Source: a virus
Taxonomy: Duplodnaviria > Caudoviricetes
Strand: one strand, 5' to 3'
Length of the DNA: 55,069 bases
Virus record (IMG/VR): IMGVR_UViG_3300046167_000515
Span: 1 to 55,069 of that record
Position numbers and translations under genes: made by a program. Shown here piece after piece: positions 21,033-30,774 of this stretch. Every line of letters starts with the position of its first letter. Positions within the stretch are counted from its first letter, which is position 1. Below the pieces are notes generated by a model. The model was not told where the DNA came from. It was given only the letters and a program-made list of their open reading frames with translations, and searched no databases.

Positions 21033-22268
21033 TCAGCTATCAACGTAAACAAACATTGACTTAGAGGTCGATGCGTAATACATAGAGCCAACGCCTGCAA
21101 CTGGAGCTGCGGTTGGGTCGCCTGCTGCTGAGGTTTGTACCATGATCCTTCCCGCTGTAGTTGAGGTTCCTCTTTTTCTTAGAGACCAACCAGCAAGGTG
21201 AGCATTATTACTCCAGAAGACGTGAGGATCTTGAGTTGTATCCCCAGTCATAACCTCAATACCACCATCATTACCGTTCGCGGCGGTTGGGCTACTCGTG
21301 TTGTTGAGTTGAATCAAGTGATCCTCGACCCGCAGGTTAGTGGTGTCAATAGTGGTGAGTGTGCCGTTTACATCCAAACCTCCGTTTATAACGGCCCCGC
21401 CTGTTACAGTGAGAGCACCCGCAACGGTAACGTCGTCTGGAAGACCAACAGTAACTGTCGTTCCTGAAACCGAGGTTTCGATTTCGTTTGCAGTACCAGC
21501 AATAGTCAGTGATTCAGAATCAAGGTCAACAGCACCTGTTGTTCCTCCATCGCCTGCAAGATCAAGGTCTTGAGCTGTTACTTGAGTCGCAACGTAATCA
21601 ATTACAGCGGCGTTAGTAGGAAGGTGGCTGTCGTCGTCAGAGTTTGCGATTCCCTCTGACTCTATGGTGACGGCAGCAGGAGCGAGCTTAGCAAAAGTAA
21701 CGGCAGCAGTATCAATTTTGGCTGTTGTTACAGCACTGGCTGCAAGCTCGGCGGTGTCAATCTCTCCATCCGTAACGGCAAAGGTTACGGCGTCGCCTGC
21801 GGGGGTCGTAACAATGGTGATTGCATTTCCAGCAACAAAGGTCAAGGTGTCCGAAGTAGCGTCTGCGACGACGTCGGTCTGGCCCGAAACAGCAATAGTT
21901 GAAAAGGCGTCCTGGTTAGGCTCACCAGAGTTGGTAGACCAAGCAATAGTATCGGTGCTAGCTGTATACGTCAGCACTCCGTCATTCGATCCGCCGCCAT
22001 CAAGGGCAGAAACCGTATTAAGGGCGTTAGCAACGAGAACGGAACCTTTAGGGGCTGCCGTGATGCCAGTACCACCGTCTCCGACAGCAAGTGTACCAGT
22101 GATTGCACTTGCTGCGAGATCTACGGCTACCTCTGCCGACTCGATAACAAGACCTCCATTGGCCTTTAAGTCTGCCGAGACAACACCTTCGGACGAGACC
22201 TCAATACCGTCACCTCCAGTGGCGTTATTAGCATCGCCCTCTAAAAGGATTTTTTTCCATTCAGCCAT
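21033..22268 (-). CDS. Tail fibre protein
   Basis: A/T/G/D-rich; GTLAVGDGGTG, AVTTAKI repeats, LDVNGTLTTIDTTNLRVEDHLIQLN. Confidence 0.7.
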   Translation of the reverse strand: MAEWKKILLEGDANNATGGDGIEVSSEGVVSADLKANGGLVIESAEVAVDLAASAITGTLAVGDGGTGITAAPKGSVLVANALNTVSALDGGGSNDGVLTYTASTDTIAWSTNSGEPNQDAFSTIAVSGQTDVVADATSDTLTFVAGNAITIVTTPAGDAVTFAVTDGEIDTAELAASAVTTAKIDTAAVTFAKLAPAAVTIESEGIANSDDDSHLPTNAAVIDYVATQVTAQDLDLAGDGGTTGAVDLDSESLTIAGTANEIETSVSGTTVTVGLPDDVTVAGALTVTGGAVINGGLDVNGTLTTIDTTNLRVEDHLIQLNNTSSPTAANGNDGGIEVMTGDTTQDPHVFWSNNAHLAGWSLRKRGTSTTAGRIMVQTSAAGDPTAAPVAGVGSMYYASTSKSMFVYVDS

Positions 22269-22318
22269 GATATATTTTTTTGATTTCTAAATATTTCAAC
22301 AAATATACAACGTTTTTA

Positions 22319-22813
22319 TTATGTCACCCCGAAGTACAGGTTGTCATCCGTGTCAGCATACATACCCCCCTCAAAAGCGTCAGGGGGTGAAGCTGGATCA
22401 AACTGCTTAAACTCTACAAGACCGTCCAAATTAATCTTTCCAGTACCTGTTGGAGTAAATTGGATGTCAGAGCCACTATTGGAGTTTACTATGGATCTTG
22501 TCGTCCCGTCGTAAAATACGTCGAGGTTCCCGCCAAGCTGTGGGGATGCATCTTCATGGACGTTTTCTATACCAGAGCCTGTACCCCCTCCTATTTCCGT
22601 CCAATTGCTAGTGGTTGACCATCCGCCACCGTTATACACGTATGGGGTGCTACCAACTATAGCTAAGTACCCAGTCACCTGAAGACCCGCAGCTAGGTTA
22701 TTCCTGTCCGAAATAGAGGAGAAAAAACCAAATCCCACGACCTGATTACCCGTTGCGTTTACAATAGGTGCGTTAGGGTTATTGTGCGATACTGGTCCTG
22801 GAAAAATTGGCAT
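22319..22813 (-). CDS. Fibre-associated structural protein
   Basis: Contains DASPQLGGNLDV and PTGTGKI fibre motifs. Confidence 0.55.
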   Translation of the reverse strand: MPIFPGPVSHNNPNAPIVNATGNQVVGFGFFSSISDRNNLAAGLQVTGYLAIVGSTPYVYNGGGWSTTSNWTEIGGGTGSGIENVHEDASPQLGGNLDVFYDGTTRSIVNSNSGSDIQFTPTGTGKINLDGLVEFKQFDPASPPDAFEGGMYADTDDNLYFGVT

Positions 22814-24024
22814 TAGAAGTCTACTTTTAATGTCTGACCAACAGCAAAAGCATCATCGTATGTGCTTCTGTAGAATCGGTAGGACGTTGTTACACCATAC
22901 TCGTTTGTTAAATTATAATTTACTGGTGATTCAAAGTCACTAAGAACATCAGTAACCCCCTGAAGAAGTATCTGGTTTGGAGTCCCCCAAGCGTTAGGGT
23001 ATGCAATCCAAGTATACTTGCCTTGAGTGTCCATGCCTGCGTCTCCACTTGTTTGAAAATCTCCTTGAGCCACGAGGCTATTAAGAGGAGCCGTAAGTTG
23101 AGCCCATAAGGTAGCAGCCTCGCCGTCCGACGTTATAGCGGTGGACGTACTTGAACCTATTCTAACCCTGAAGTACCACCTAAAATTCATGCTACCACTG
23201 GTGATCGTGTTGTTGGTTCCGCTTCCATCGTCAATAGCGGTTACCTTGTAAGACCTTGTGGACTGAGACGTTAGGTCTCTAGTTATAGTAGTAGATAAAG
23301 TTTTAGCTGCGTTGTCGTCAGAAAACCCACTTTCAAGAACACTATTGTTTTCATAAAACACAACAGATGTGTCCGCAGTTTGTGTGTTGTCTCCGATGTT
23401 ATAATCAAATCCCTGTATCTTAATTCCCCTACCAACCTCAACTGTTTCTCCGTTTGTGTCATTTACAAATGAAGCATATGATCCGTCGGTGTTCTCAAGA
23501 GCTCTACTTACGTTTTGAAGGGATATGCTCGTTATATTGTACTTCTCTAGAATGTCTCTAACCACAGCTTCAAGAGACGTTCCAGAAGCTATAGGGCTGC
23601 TCATGTGAGCAAACGCAGCGTCGTTATTAGTAATGGTTATGGCGGAAGTGAGCACTGGGTTTCCACCGTCAGCCCCATCAGCTCCAGCAGCCCCATCAGC
23701 TCCAGCAGGACCTGTAGGACCAGTAGGACCCGCAGGTCCCTGATCGCCCTGAGCGCCCGCCGCTCCGTCAGCTCCAGCCGCTCCGTCAGCGCCAGCAGGC
23801 CCTTGATCACCTTGCGGTCCTTGAGCGCCAGTAGGCCCTTGAGGGCCAGTTGCCCCAGCAGGTCCAGCGCCAATAGCTCCAGCTACAGAAACGTTATTAT
23901 TTGCAGCCTGATTTAAAACTACGACCTTAGTGTCGGTACCTCCTTTTACGACAGATACTTTAATGATATCTCCGTTCTCACTAGATATCTTTATGCTTTT
24001 TGGTTGTTCTACACTTATCGGCAT
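22813..24024 (-). CDS. Collagen-repeat fibre protein
   Basis: Continuous Gly-X-Y stretch (GPAGATGPQGPTGAQ...GADGADG) followed by a beta-rich C-terminus. Confidence 0.75.
   Translation of the reverse strand: MPISVEQPKSIKISSENGDIIKVSVVKGGTDTKVVVLNQAANNNVSVAGAIGAGPAGATGPQGPTGAQGPQGDQGPAGADGAAGADGAAGAQGDQGPAGPTGPTGPAGADGAAGADGADGGNPVLTSAITITNNDAAFAHMSSPIASGTSLEAVVRDILEKYNITSISLQNVSRALENTDGSYASFVNDTNGETVEVGRGIKIQGFDYNIGDNTQTADTSVVFYENNSVLESGFSDDNAAKTLSTTITRDLTSQSTRSYKVTAIDDGSGTNNTITSGSMNFRWYFRVRIGSSTSTAITSDGEAATLWAQLTAPLNSLVAQGDFQTSGDAGMDTQGKYTWIAYPNAWGTPNQILLQGVTDVLSDFESPVNYNLTNEYGVTTSYRFYRSTYDDAFAVGQTLKVDF
23672..23880 (-). repeat. Collagen Gly-X-Y coding repeat
   Basis: Imperfect 9-bp periodicity, including duplicated GADGAAGADG units. 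Confidence 0.7.
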
Positions 24025-24033
24025 AATAGTATC

Positions 24034-24429
24034 TTAAGCTGCTGTTTCTGACACGTCTTCAATAACTCTTACCGTTCCGTAGATTAAAGTAGTTACAACT
24101 GCTCCTGACTTCTGTTCGATATCATAAGCATAGAGTCCAGATGGCATCGTCTTCATTGTGGTCGCGGCCAAGGTGAGATCAATATACTTTGCGGTAACGT
24201 CGTCAGAATCTGCCGTTACTGTAATCACAAATTCTACAACAGGGTCGGAGGTGTTTGCGACTGGGTTGCCCGTGTCGGAATTTCTAACCTCCATCAAAAA
24301 AACATCTCCAGCGGTAAAACCAACAGTATCGTCAGCATTGGTTATATTAAGTCTCAAGGAAAAGGTATCACCCTTCCTGCAAGTGATGTCAACCCTTTCA
24401 GATGTATCTAAGTTTATTTTTGTAGCCAT
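24034..24429 (-). CDS. BppU-N-like fibre attachment protein
   Basis: DITCRKGDTFSL...GLYAYDIEQ...TLIYGTVRV pattern. Confidence 0.55.
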   Translation of the reverse strand: MATKINLDTSERVDITCRKGDTFSLRLNITNADDTVGFTAGDVFLMEVRNSDTGNPVANTSDPVVEFVITVTADSDDVTAKYIDLTLAATTMKTMPSGLYAYDIEQKSGAVVTTLIYGTVRVIEDVSETAA

Positions 24430-24430
24430 C

Positions 24431-26818
24431 TTATTCGTTGATTATTTGTGGTGTTTCATCCCCTTGTCTTTGAGCTATGAGCTTGCTTTGCTCGGCAGAC
24501 TGCTTTTTAACTCTATCGTCTTTGCGGTCCTCTTTAAGGACTTCAAGTTTTTCTTTGAAGTTTTCGTCAGTCTCTTTGAAGCCAAGGGTAGCTTGAGCTT
24601 TAATAATTTCAATCTCTTTCCTAAACCCGTGCTTTACCTCTTCTAGTTGAGCCTCCAGCTGAGTCTTAAGCTGCATCTCTTGCGCTTTTAGCTGAGCTTC
24701 CATTTGCATCTCTTGCTGCCTAGCCTGAGAAGCAGACTGTGCTGACTGCTGTTGAACCTGAGCTTGCTGCTGGGAGTTCTGCTGAGCCATCTGCTGGTTG
24801 CTAGCCATTCGCTTCTTCCTTCTAACGATCAAAAGCCTCTCAGCCTGGTTTACGTCCCTAAGCTGTCGTATAGCAAGGGCATCCTCAAGGTCTATCTCTT
24901 TTTGAGACAAGGCTATCTGTATGTTCTGCTCCAAGAACTGTCTCTCGTTCTCTTCCATCTCTTTTACAACCTTTACGCCGAAGTTAAACATCGACAGGTT
25001 TCTGAAGGAAGACAACACTTTCATGTTCTCCTTACCAACAGCGTTTTCATACATAGAGTATAGAATAGAGTCTGGATGAATAACCTGCAAGCACTTTACC
25101 ACATCGCTACAAACTTTCTTGTACAAAACCATAGAGGAGTTCGTGATGTCATATATAGCGTTGTTTGCAGCAGCAAGAGCTTGTTGCCTAACTCCCACCA
25201 GGGCGTCTCCTTTAGGTGAAGAGGCGTCCATCACCTCGTTGATTCCCGTGGAGTCTCTGATCATCCTGAGGTAGTGGTTATACAAACCAGTTAACTCGTT
25301 AATGTTACGGATGCTGTTGCCGATCTCTCGAATAGGAGGGTTTTGAAAACCTCCTTCTGGGTTCTTGCTTCTATAGTAGAACACACCAGTCTGCTCGTAT
25401 ATGTCGTGCAGCTCAAGCGGCTGAAGTTCTCCGCCCTTTCCTAACTGTACGTTTTCCAGTCCCTCAATATCAATGATGATACCGTCTGGTTTTGCCTTCG
25501 CTACAGCCTGTTGAATCTTTAAGTGAGTAAGCTGAAGTTGATCGGCGAACCCGATGCAGCTATCCACCATAGACTTAGGCATCATGTCCATCATGTTCGT
25601 AGCACAAACAGAATAAGACAAAGATGCTTTTGTTATGTCGTGAATGTTTTTTGGTATGTTGGTCTTCTTTCCATAACCAAAGACCATATCACAACCAAGG
25701 ATGTAGTATCCACCGTAAACACATGTGTTGTCTAACCTCACAGAGTCTCTGTTGAAAACAGAGTTTTGTGGTTGACTATAGTTGTTTCCCTTGTCGTAAA
25801 ACCCTACATTTCCGTACTGGTTTTCTTTTGACTCGTAATAGGTTGAATCTACCGAGAGAAACTCAAATTCAAGCACCTTTACAGTGTGCTCTTCCGTGTC
25901 CATACCAGGTCTATTTGAAGTCTTGTTATACAGCCCAGATGTATTGTTCTTCTGACCAGAACTAGCCACCTTCTTGTAATCCTCTTCGGTTAGCTCATTA
26001 CCAGCAATTCTTTTAAGCTCAGCAATAGGCATTGTTTTTACATGACCAGCATAAGTCATGTCTCCGAAAGAAGGGTCTTCTGTGTAGCTGTGGATAAAGT
26101 CAGACGGATCAACGTATTCGGTTTTGATTCCGTAGCTAGGGTCGTTAGTTCTTTTAACAACAGCCATACCAAGTATGGTCATGTCGTTCACGCACCTTCT
26201 AAAAACAGAATCATTAAAGTCGTTCCACTCCAGGGTTAAGTTAGTGGCTATCTGAGCGGCGATTTCTGAAGAAGCCTTAACGTTGGTACCCATGAATATT
26301 TCAGCCTCCTCAAGGGTTTCTGGAATAGATTCGGGATCTCCAGCTACCTCAACTCCAAGCTTGCTTTTAATACCCTGAAGAGCAGCCTTGGATTTTACAG
26401 CAAATTCAATCTTCTTCTTCTCTAAATCCTTTTCCGAAGTAGATAGAGGGTCGATAGCCTCCAGGTTTGGGTAAGGAGACAAAGAAAGAATCTTGTTTAC
26501 TACAATACGGACAAACTTGGGAAGGATTGGAACTGGGGTAAAGTCCAGGTTCAGCATACTTCCGTCGCCGTTATTAGGGTCAAGAGACGTAAGCAAGGAT
26601 CTGTATATGGCCGTGTCTTGGGTTCCGTTAGCGTACTTCCTGTTCTTCTCGAAAGTTCGGTTCCTGTTCTTGTAGGTGGACCCGTCCTGATCCATTTTAC
26701 CCCACTGCTGATATATAGCCTTAGCGTATCCTAGTCCGTACTTCTTTCCTCCTTTTTCTTCTGGAGGGCTAAGCGGATTAGGAAAGCCTGATTTTTTGTT
26801 GTTGATGTTCATTTGCAA
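24431..26818 (-). CDS. Portal protein
   Basis: 795 aa, adjacent to the terminase. Motifs include LDFTPVPILPKFVRIVVN, LQLTHLKIQQ and TGINEVMDAS, with a Q-rich C-terminal barrel helix. Confidence 0.85.
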   Translation of the reverse strand: MQMNINNKKSGFPNPLSPPEEKGGKKYGLGYAKAIYQQWGKMDQDGSTYKNRNRTFEKNRKYANGTQDTAIYRSLLTSLDPNNGDGSMLNLDFTPVPILPKFVRIVVNKILSLSPYPNLEAIDPLSTSEKDLEKKKIEFAVKSKAALQGIKSKLGVEVAGDPESIPETLEEAEIFMGTNVKASSEIAAQIATNLTLEWNDFNDSVFRRCVNDMTILGMAVVKRTNDPSYGIKTEYVDPSDFIHSYTEDPSFGDMTYAGHVKTMPIAELKRIAGNELTEEDYKKVASSGQKNNTSGLYNKTSNRPGMDTEEHTVKVLEFEFLSVDSTYYESKENQYGNVGFYDKGNNYSQPQNSVFNRDSVRLDNTCVYGGYYILGCDMVFGYGKKTNIPKNIHDITKASLSYSVCATNMMDMMPKSMVDSCIGFADQLQLTHLKIQQAVAKAKPDGIIIDIEGLENVQLGKGGELQPLELHDIYEQTGVFYYRSKNPEGGFQNPPIREIGNSIRNINELTGLYNHYLRMIRDSTGINEVMDASSPKGDALVGVRQQALAAANNAIYDITNSSMVLYKKVCSDVVKCLQVIHPDSILYSMYENAVGKENMKVLSSFRNLSMFNFGVKVVKEMEENERQFLEQNIQIALSQKEIDLEDALAIRQLRDVNQAERLLIVRRKKRMASNQQMAQQNSQQQAQVQQQSAQSASQARQQEMQMEAQLKAQEMQLKTQLEAQLEEVKHGFRKEIEIIKAQATLGFKETDENFKEKLEVLKEDRKDDRVKKQSAEQSKLIAQRQGDETPQIINE

Positions 26819-26857
26819 TGAGTCGAGTTCTTATAACTCAATGCAAATATAGTAAAA

Positions 26858-28978
26858 CTAGGAGTGCCACACTTTAGGCTTGAAAGTCCTTATAAACTGC
26901 TTGTTTGTGAAATTAGATTGCTTCTTTTCTTGCTTTACTTTTTGAGCAGCTAAAAGAGCGAGGCCAGAGCTTATAGTAAGGTCAAACTTAGTCCTGTTGT
27001 CTATCTTGTAGCCAATCCAGTCTTCTAGGGTTTTGTTAAAGTACATGTTCCCGAACTCATTAGACTCTGGTTTGATGCCTACGTGGTTATGTATATAAGC
27101 CTCAATAGCTTGCGCGTGAGACTGTATAACGTCCTGGGAGTTAGATGGTATGCCCTTTGTTCTCACGTTCTTGGACGATCCTGGAACCTTTAGGAAGTCA
27201 GGACGGTCCATTAAGTACCCGTCGTAACCCCTTGATTCAAAGTACCTTACGATACCGTACTTATTGTTCTCTACAAGTAAAGGGTATCCATAAAAGAAAG
27301 CACACATCAAAACGTCCTCATAGAAAATACTGGCCAGGTCTGGGCGAGAAGCGTATTCCGCAACGAACATGTTGGCAGGGCCTTCCATATTGAACTTGTT
27401 GTACATGTGTAAAGCGCCCTTAGATCCTCTGCCGTCAACCGTCGAATCCAGATCGTAGGAGTCAACACCTCCGCAGCCTATGTGTCCGTTTGGAGCAACC
27501 TTCTTGCCTCCTTCTTCTTTCTTTACGTTCTTGTTTTTAGGCATCCAGGAAACCCTAAACCTGCCGTTTGGGTCAGGGGAAAAAGCCACCTCCTCGTCTT
27601 TTTTAACCCACACAAAGTTACCTTTCACTACAGGGTTAGGAAACAAGTCGTCGTTGTATTCTATCTGCTGGTAAATCTTACCCAGGTTAAAGAGGCTGCC
27701 CTGAATGCTATCTCTAAACGCTTCATCCTCGGTAAACGGAAACTGACGAACTATTTCGTTTAGTTCGGAGGGGTCGTCCTTAAAGGACTGGCGATCATTC
27801 TTCAAATATCGCTTACTACCCTCTTCGATAGGATCACCATCTATACCTTGGATGTTTTGGAGAGGATCGTCAACAATAGAGTTTCCGTATACATCGAAAA
27901 AACCTTCAAGCGCATCATAAGCTGGGATGAATATCCTGTATAGCCCAGACCTGGTTCGTCCGTTATTATTTCTTTCAGTAGGCTTTGAGTCTTTCCACAA
28001 CTCCCTGTACTCACTACCTCCCTTGTTCATAGGGTTTACTGTAGACCCAACAAGGGCCTTGCCTACGATCCTCTTACCCACTATAAGGCAGGTTCTTTCT
28101 ATCCTCCAAGCCTCTCTAATATCTGTGGGCTTTTCCCATTTACCAGCCTCATCAAGATATAGCATGTGAAGCTTCTCTCCGTCATAAGCGTTGTTAGTGG
28201 TGTTCTTCCAGTTTATAACCGTATTAAGAGCATCGCCCCTGTGGGACGTTTTGTTGTTCTTGGTTATACGCTTGGAAGGCTCACGGAATGCCAGCTCCAT
28301 ACGAGGGTTTGTGGTACCGTCCTGGATAGGCTTAAAAAAGAATGGGTAGCTGCGAAAGATCGCAACCACCTTCTTCATGAAAATATTCTCCTGCGAGTCT
28401 TTACCAGTTTTCGACTGTATGCCAAGAAGCTTCTCTTTAACTTGACTAGCTTCATCCACCAGAACAGCAGAGCATATGTTAGTGTAGCCAGAACGACGAC
28501 ACTTAGTATAAAGCTGACCGAAACAACGAGGGTCAACTTCACAAGCAGCCATGTGCGTAAAGATGTCTTTTTGGAAAGAGAGGTATGATGGATATCCGAC
28601 ATCAATTTTAGACCATTGTAGAAACATATAGTGTCTCCCTGTAATATACGTAGGTTTCCCATTATTGTAAAACCATACACCGTCGCGCCTACGCTGAAAC
28701 TCTTGTTCGATGTAAGAACGAAACTTGTTGCGAAACTCGGCAGGTTTTTCGAACCACTCATCCATACTGCGTATCCTTTGCATCTCCTCTGGCATAGGTG
28801 AGCGTTTCCACATTTGCAACCTCTTTGGCTGATCATGGAAGAGAATTTTCGATTTGGTCGGTTTCTTTGGAAGGACCACGAGTAGCCCGTGGAGCTCGAT
28901 AACTTCTCCTTCTGTACCGTTAGGGTCGATCTTAATCCCTTTAGTTTCATACCCTTTTATGTCGATTAAAGCAGACAT
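26858..28978 (-). CDS. terL: Terminase large subunit
   Basis: ATPase motifs KCRRSGYT and LYLDEAGKW, coupling motif GSTVN, nuclease motifs GVDSYD, LVENN and KFDLTISSG. Confidence 0.9.
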   Translation of the reverse strand: MSALIDIKGYETKGIKIDPNGTEGEVIELHGLLVVLPKKPTKSKILFHDQPKRLQMWKRSPMPEEMQRIRSMDEWFEKPAEFRNKFRSYIEQEFQRRRDGVWFYNNGKPTYITGRHYMFLQWSKIDVGYPSYLSFQKDIFTHMAACEVDPRCFGQLYTKCRRSGYTNICSAVLVDEASQVKEKLLGIQSKTGKDSQENIFMKKVVAIFRSYPFFFKPIQDGTTNPRMELAFREPSKRITKNNKTSHRGDALNTVINWKNTTNNAYDGEKLHMLYLDEAGKWEKPTDIREAWRIERTCLIVGKRIVGKALVGSTVNPMNKGGSEYRELWKDSKPTERNNNGRTRSGLYRIFIPAYDALEGFFDVYGNSIVDDPLQNIQGIDGDPIEEGSKRYLKNDRQSFKDDPSELNEIVRQFPFTEDEAFRDSIQGSLFNLGKIYQQIEYNDDLFPNPVVKGNFVWVKKDEEVAFSPDPNGRFRVSWMPKNKNVKKEEGGKKVAPNGHIGCGGVDSYDLDSTVDGRGSKGALHMYNKFNMEGPANMFVAEYASRPDLASIFYEDVLMCAFFYGYPLLVENNKYGIVRYFESRGYDGYLMDRPDFLKVPGSSKNVRTKGIPSNSQDVIQSHAQAIEAYIHNHVGIKPESNEFGNMYFNKTLEDWIGYKIDNRTKFDLTISSGLALLAAQKVKQEKKQSNFTNKQFIRTFKPKVWHS

Positions 28979-29166
28979 TAATAGCTCTGTCCGTGTGCGT
29001 CCATTCTGCCCAACGAAGGTACGCCTTTTTTAGGGTTTTTAATCTCCATTTGTTCGCCGCATTCGCATTGGCCTTCGGGGTAGTAAACACTACCGTCCTT
29101 GAACTTCATGGTTAAACTCCTTACGGATTTCTCTGCTTTACATTTTTTGCAAATTAAGTCTGGCAT
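28978..29166 (-). CDS. Small zinc-ribbon protein
   Basis: CKKC...CECG. Confidence 0.55.
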   Translation of the reverse strand: MPDLICKKCKAEKSVRSLTMKFKDGSVYYPEGQCECGEQMEIKNPKKGVPSLGRMDAHGQSY

Positions 29167-29183
29167 GTTATTTAATTTTATTG

Positions 29184-29257
29184 TACCCCCGCTAGGACTC
29201 GAACCTAGGACCCACAGCTTAGAAGGCTGTTGCTCTATCCAGCTGAGCTACGAGGGC
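29184..29257 (-). tRNA. tRNA-Arg (anticodon TCT)
   Basis: GCCCTCG TA GCTC AGCTGGATA GAGC A ACAGC CTTCTAA GCTGT GGGTC CTAGG TTCGAGT CCTAG CGGGGGT A forms a full cloverleaf; CCA is not encoded. Confidence 0.95.
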
Positions 29258-29338
29258 GTGTAGTTTATGTTTATGTGACCGCTTGTAACTGACTGATTTT
29301 TAAAATCATAGTCATCCCAATAGACAAGTCCGCTGGGG

Positions 29339-29629
29339 TTACTTAGAGAACCTTTCTGCGAATCCTCCTGAGTAGTCTTTGTCTTTTTCGATTTCTCCAT
29401 TGTCGTTTAGTTCTTTAACCATTTGTTCTAGCCTCTGGCGCTCCACCAAAAGCTCTTTACAGTCGATGGCAGTTTGCTTTATGGATTGGAGCTCGGCCTT
29501 ACGCGCGGATCCTCCAGCCTCAGGATCGACAGGCTTTTTTACCTCTTCGATCATGTTGTCGATAGCAACCTCCATGCTATTCATTAGCCTTTTGGCCGCC
29601 GATATAGTAGTGAATTCAAGCTTCGACAT
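29339..29629 (-). CDS. Putative terminase small subunit
   Basis: 96 aa, helical, C-terminal GGFAERFSK, upstream of terL. Confidence 0.5.
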   Translation of the reverse strand: MSKLEFTTISAAKRLMNSMEVAIDNMIEEVKKPVDPEAGGSARKAELQSIKQTAIDCKELLVERQRLEQMVKELNDNGEIEKDKDYSGGFAERFSK

Positions 29630-30200
29630 AGTATATATCGTCTAGTCTTGTCCTGTAGAACGTGTCTCCGTCGATCTTGAAGGAGTAGTCAGAGTCTTTC
29701 TTCACCCCAACTATATCTCCTTTCTTCACGCCTAAGTCTTTTAGCTTTTTATTTTCAAAAGCGACTTTAGCTGTTTTAACTTGAGGCTCCTTGAGTTTAA
29801 CAATTTGTATGCTACTTGAAGAAGCTTCGGGCTTTTGCTCAACATGACTGAGAATTGACCAGGAAGAGAGAGCAGAGATTTTACCAGTCCTTTTAGACTT
29901 GTAAGCAAAAGCTTGAGAACTAACGGCATGGTCAGGATGATAATGAACAACAAAATGATTGTCGTCAACAGGAAGAGGCTGAGCGTCAGCCATAACAACG
30001 AGGTGATGAAAGTAAAGGGTGTCCCCTTCTTCAACGCCTGTTTCGTGTTTCGCAGGAACAGCAACAACTTCTCCTTCATTTACTCTGTTTTTAAATGGTT
30101 CAAATTTGGTGTCTATATAAAGCTTTAGGCCACCCTCTGTTTCTATCTCGTCTTCAAACTTTTTTTCGAGATAAACAATAAAGTTATTTAGACTTTTCAT
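29616..30200 (-). CDS. GroES-like co-chaperonin (two tandem GroES-like units)
   Basis: GGLKLYI...GEVVAVP...VEEGDTLYFHH, and a second unit GVKKGDIVG...IDGDTFYR. Confidence 0.7.
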   Translation of the reverse strand: MKSLNNFIVYLEKKFEDEIETEGGLKLYIDTKFEPFKNRVNEGEVVAVPAKHETGVEEGDTLYFHHLVVMADAQPLPVDDNHFVVHYHPDHAVSSQAFAYKSKRTGKISALSSWSILSHVEQKPEASSSSIQIVKLKEPQVKTAKVAFENKKLKDLGVKKGDIVGVKKDSDYSFKIDGDTFYRTRLDDIYYVEA

Positions 30201-30201
30201 G

Positions 30202-30438
30202 TTAAAAGTTTAAGTCAAATTCAATTATGCACGGCATATCCTCCACGCTTTTCCATAGCATTGTAGATCCGTCGCGCTCTATATACACAAGATACCTTTT
30301 TATTGATTTCTTGAAAAGCAGCTCATCGTCTAAAACAATAGCAGACACCAGGCCATTCCCTGCTCTCATGCCTACATAATAAGCCATGCCTTCTTTCGGG
30401 TTTGGCCCGATAACAATCTTTCTAATAAGTCCTTCCAT
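30202..30438 (-). CDS. Conserved hypothetical phage protein
   Basis: IRKIVIGPNPKEGMAYYVG...WK...MPCIIEFDL. Confidence 0.6.
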   Translation of the reverse strand: MEGLIRKIVIGPNPKEGMAYYVGMRAGNGLVSAIVLDDELLFKKSIKRYLVYIERDGSTMLWKSVEDMPCIIEFDLNF

Positions 30439-30734
30439 TAGTTCAGGGATATTCCTAAATCACCCAAGAGGCTGTCTAGTGAGTCGTCATCTGAATAAGC
30501 GGTATCCATAACCTGCTTCAATGTCTCTAGCTCATCCCTGTTCTCAAGGTTGAAGCTGTACATCGTCTTCATTTCTGCGCTGTCATCATCATCCTGAACG
30601 GCGTCGAAGTCTATAACTCCTACGACTATGGAGGCAAGGGTGCGGTCTTTCATTTCGAACTCATCAATCGTCTCTTCCATCTTCTTGACGAGAGAGTACA
30701 TTTCGGCAAAGAAGAGGGTGTCCTTAGGGTTCAT
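30438..30734 (-). CDS. Acidic hypothetical protein
   Basis: 98-aa ORF coupled to the downstream gene, with a promoter-like box upstream. Confidence 0.55.
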   Translation of the reverse strand: MNPKDTLFFAEMYSLVKKMEETIDEFEMKDRTLASIVVGVIDFDAVQDDDDSAEMKTMYSFNLENRDELETLKQVMDTAYSDDDSLDSLLGDLGISLN

Positions 30735-30774
30735 GATGTAAATTTGTTTGAGTCAAATATACGACACATTTTAC

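Noticed and set aside
19523-22268. Diversity-generating retroelement or invertible fibre cassette
   Set aside because: No reverse transcriptase or recombinase is present, and the shared N-terminus is conserved at the protein level rather than as a DNA repeat.
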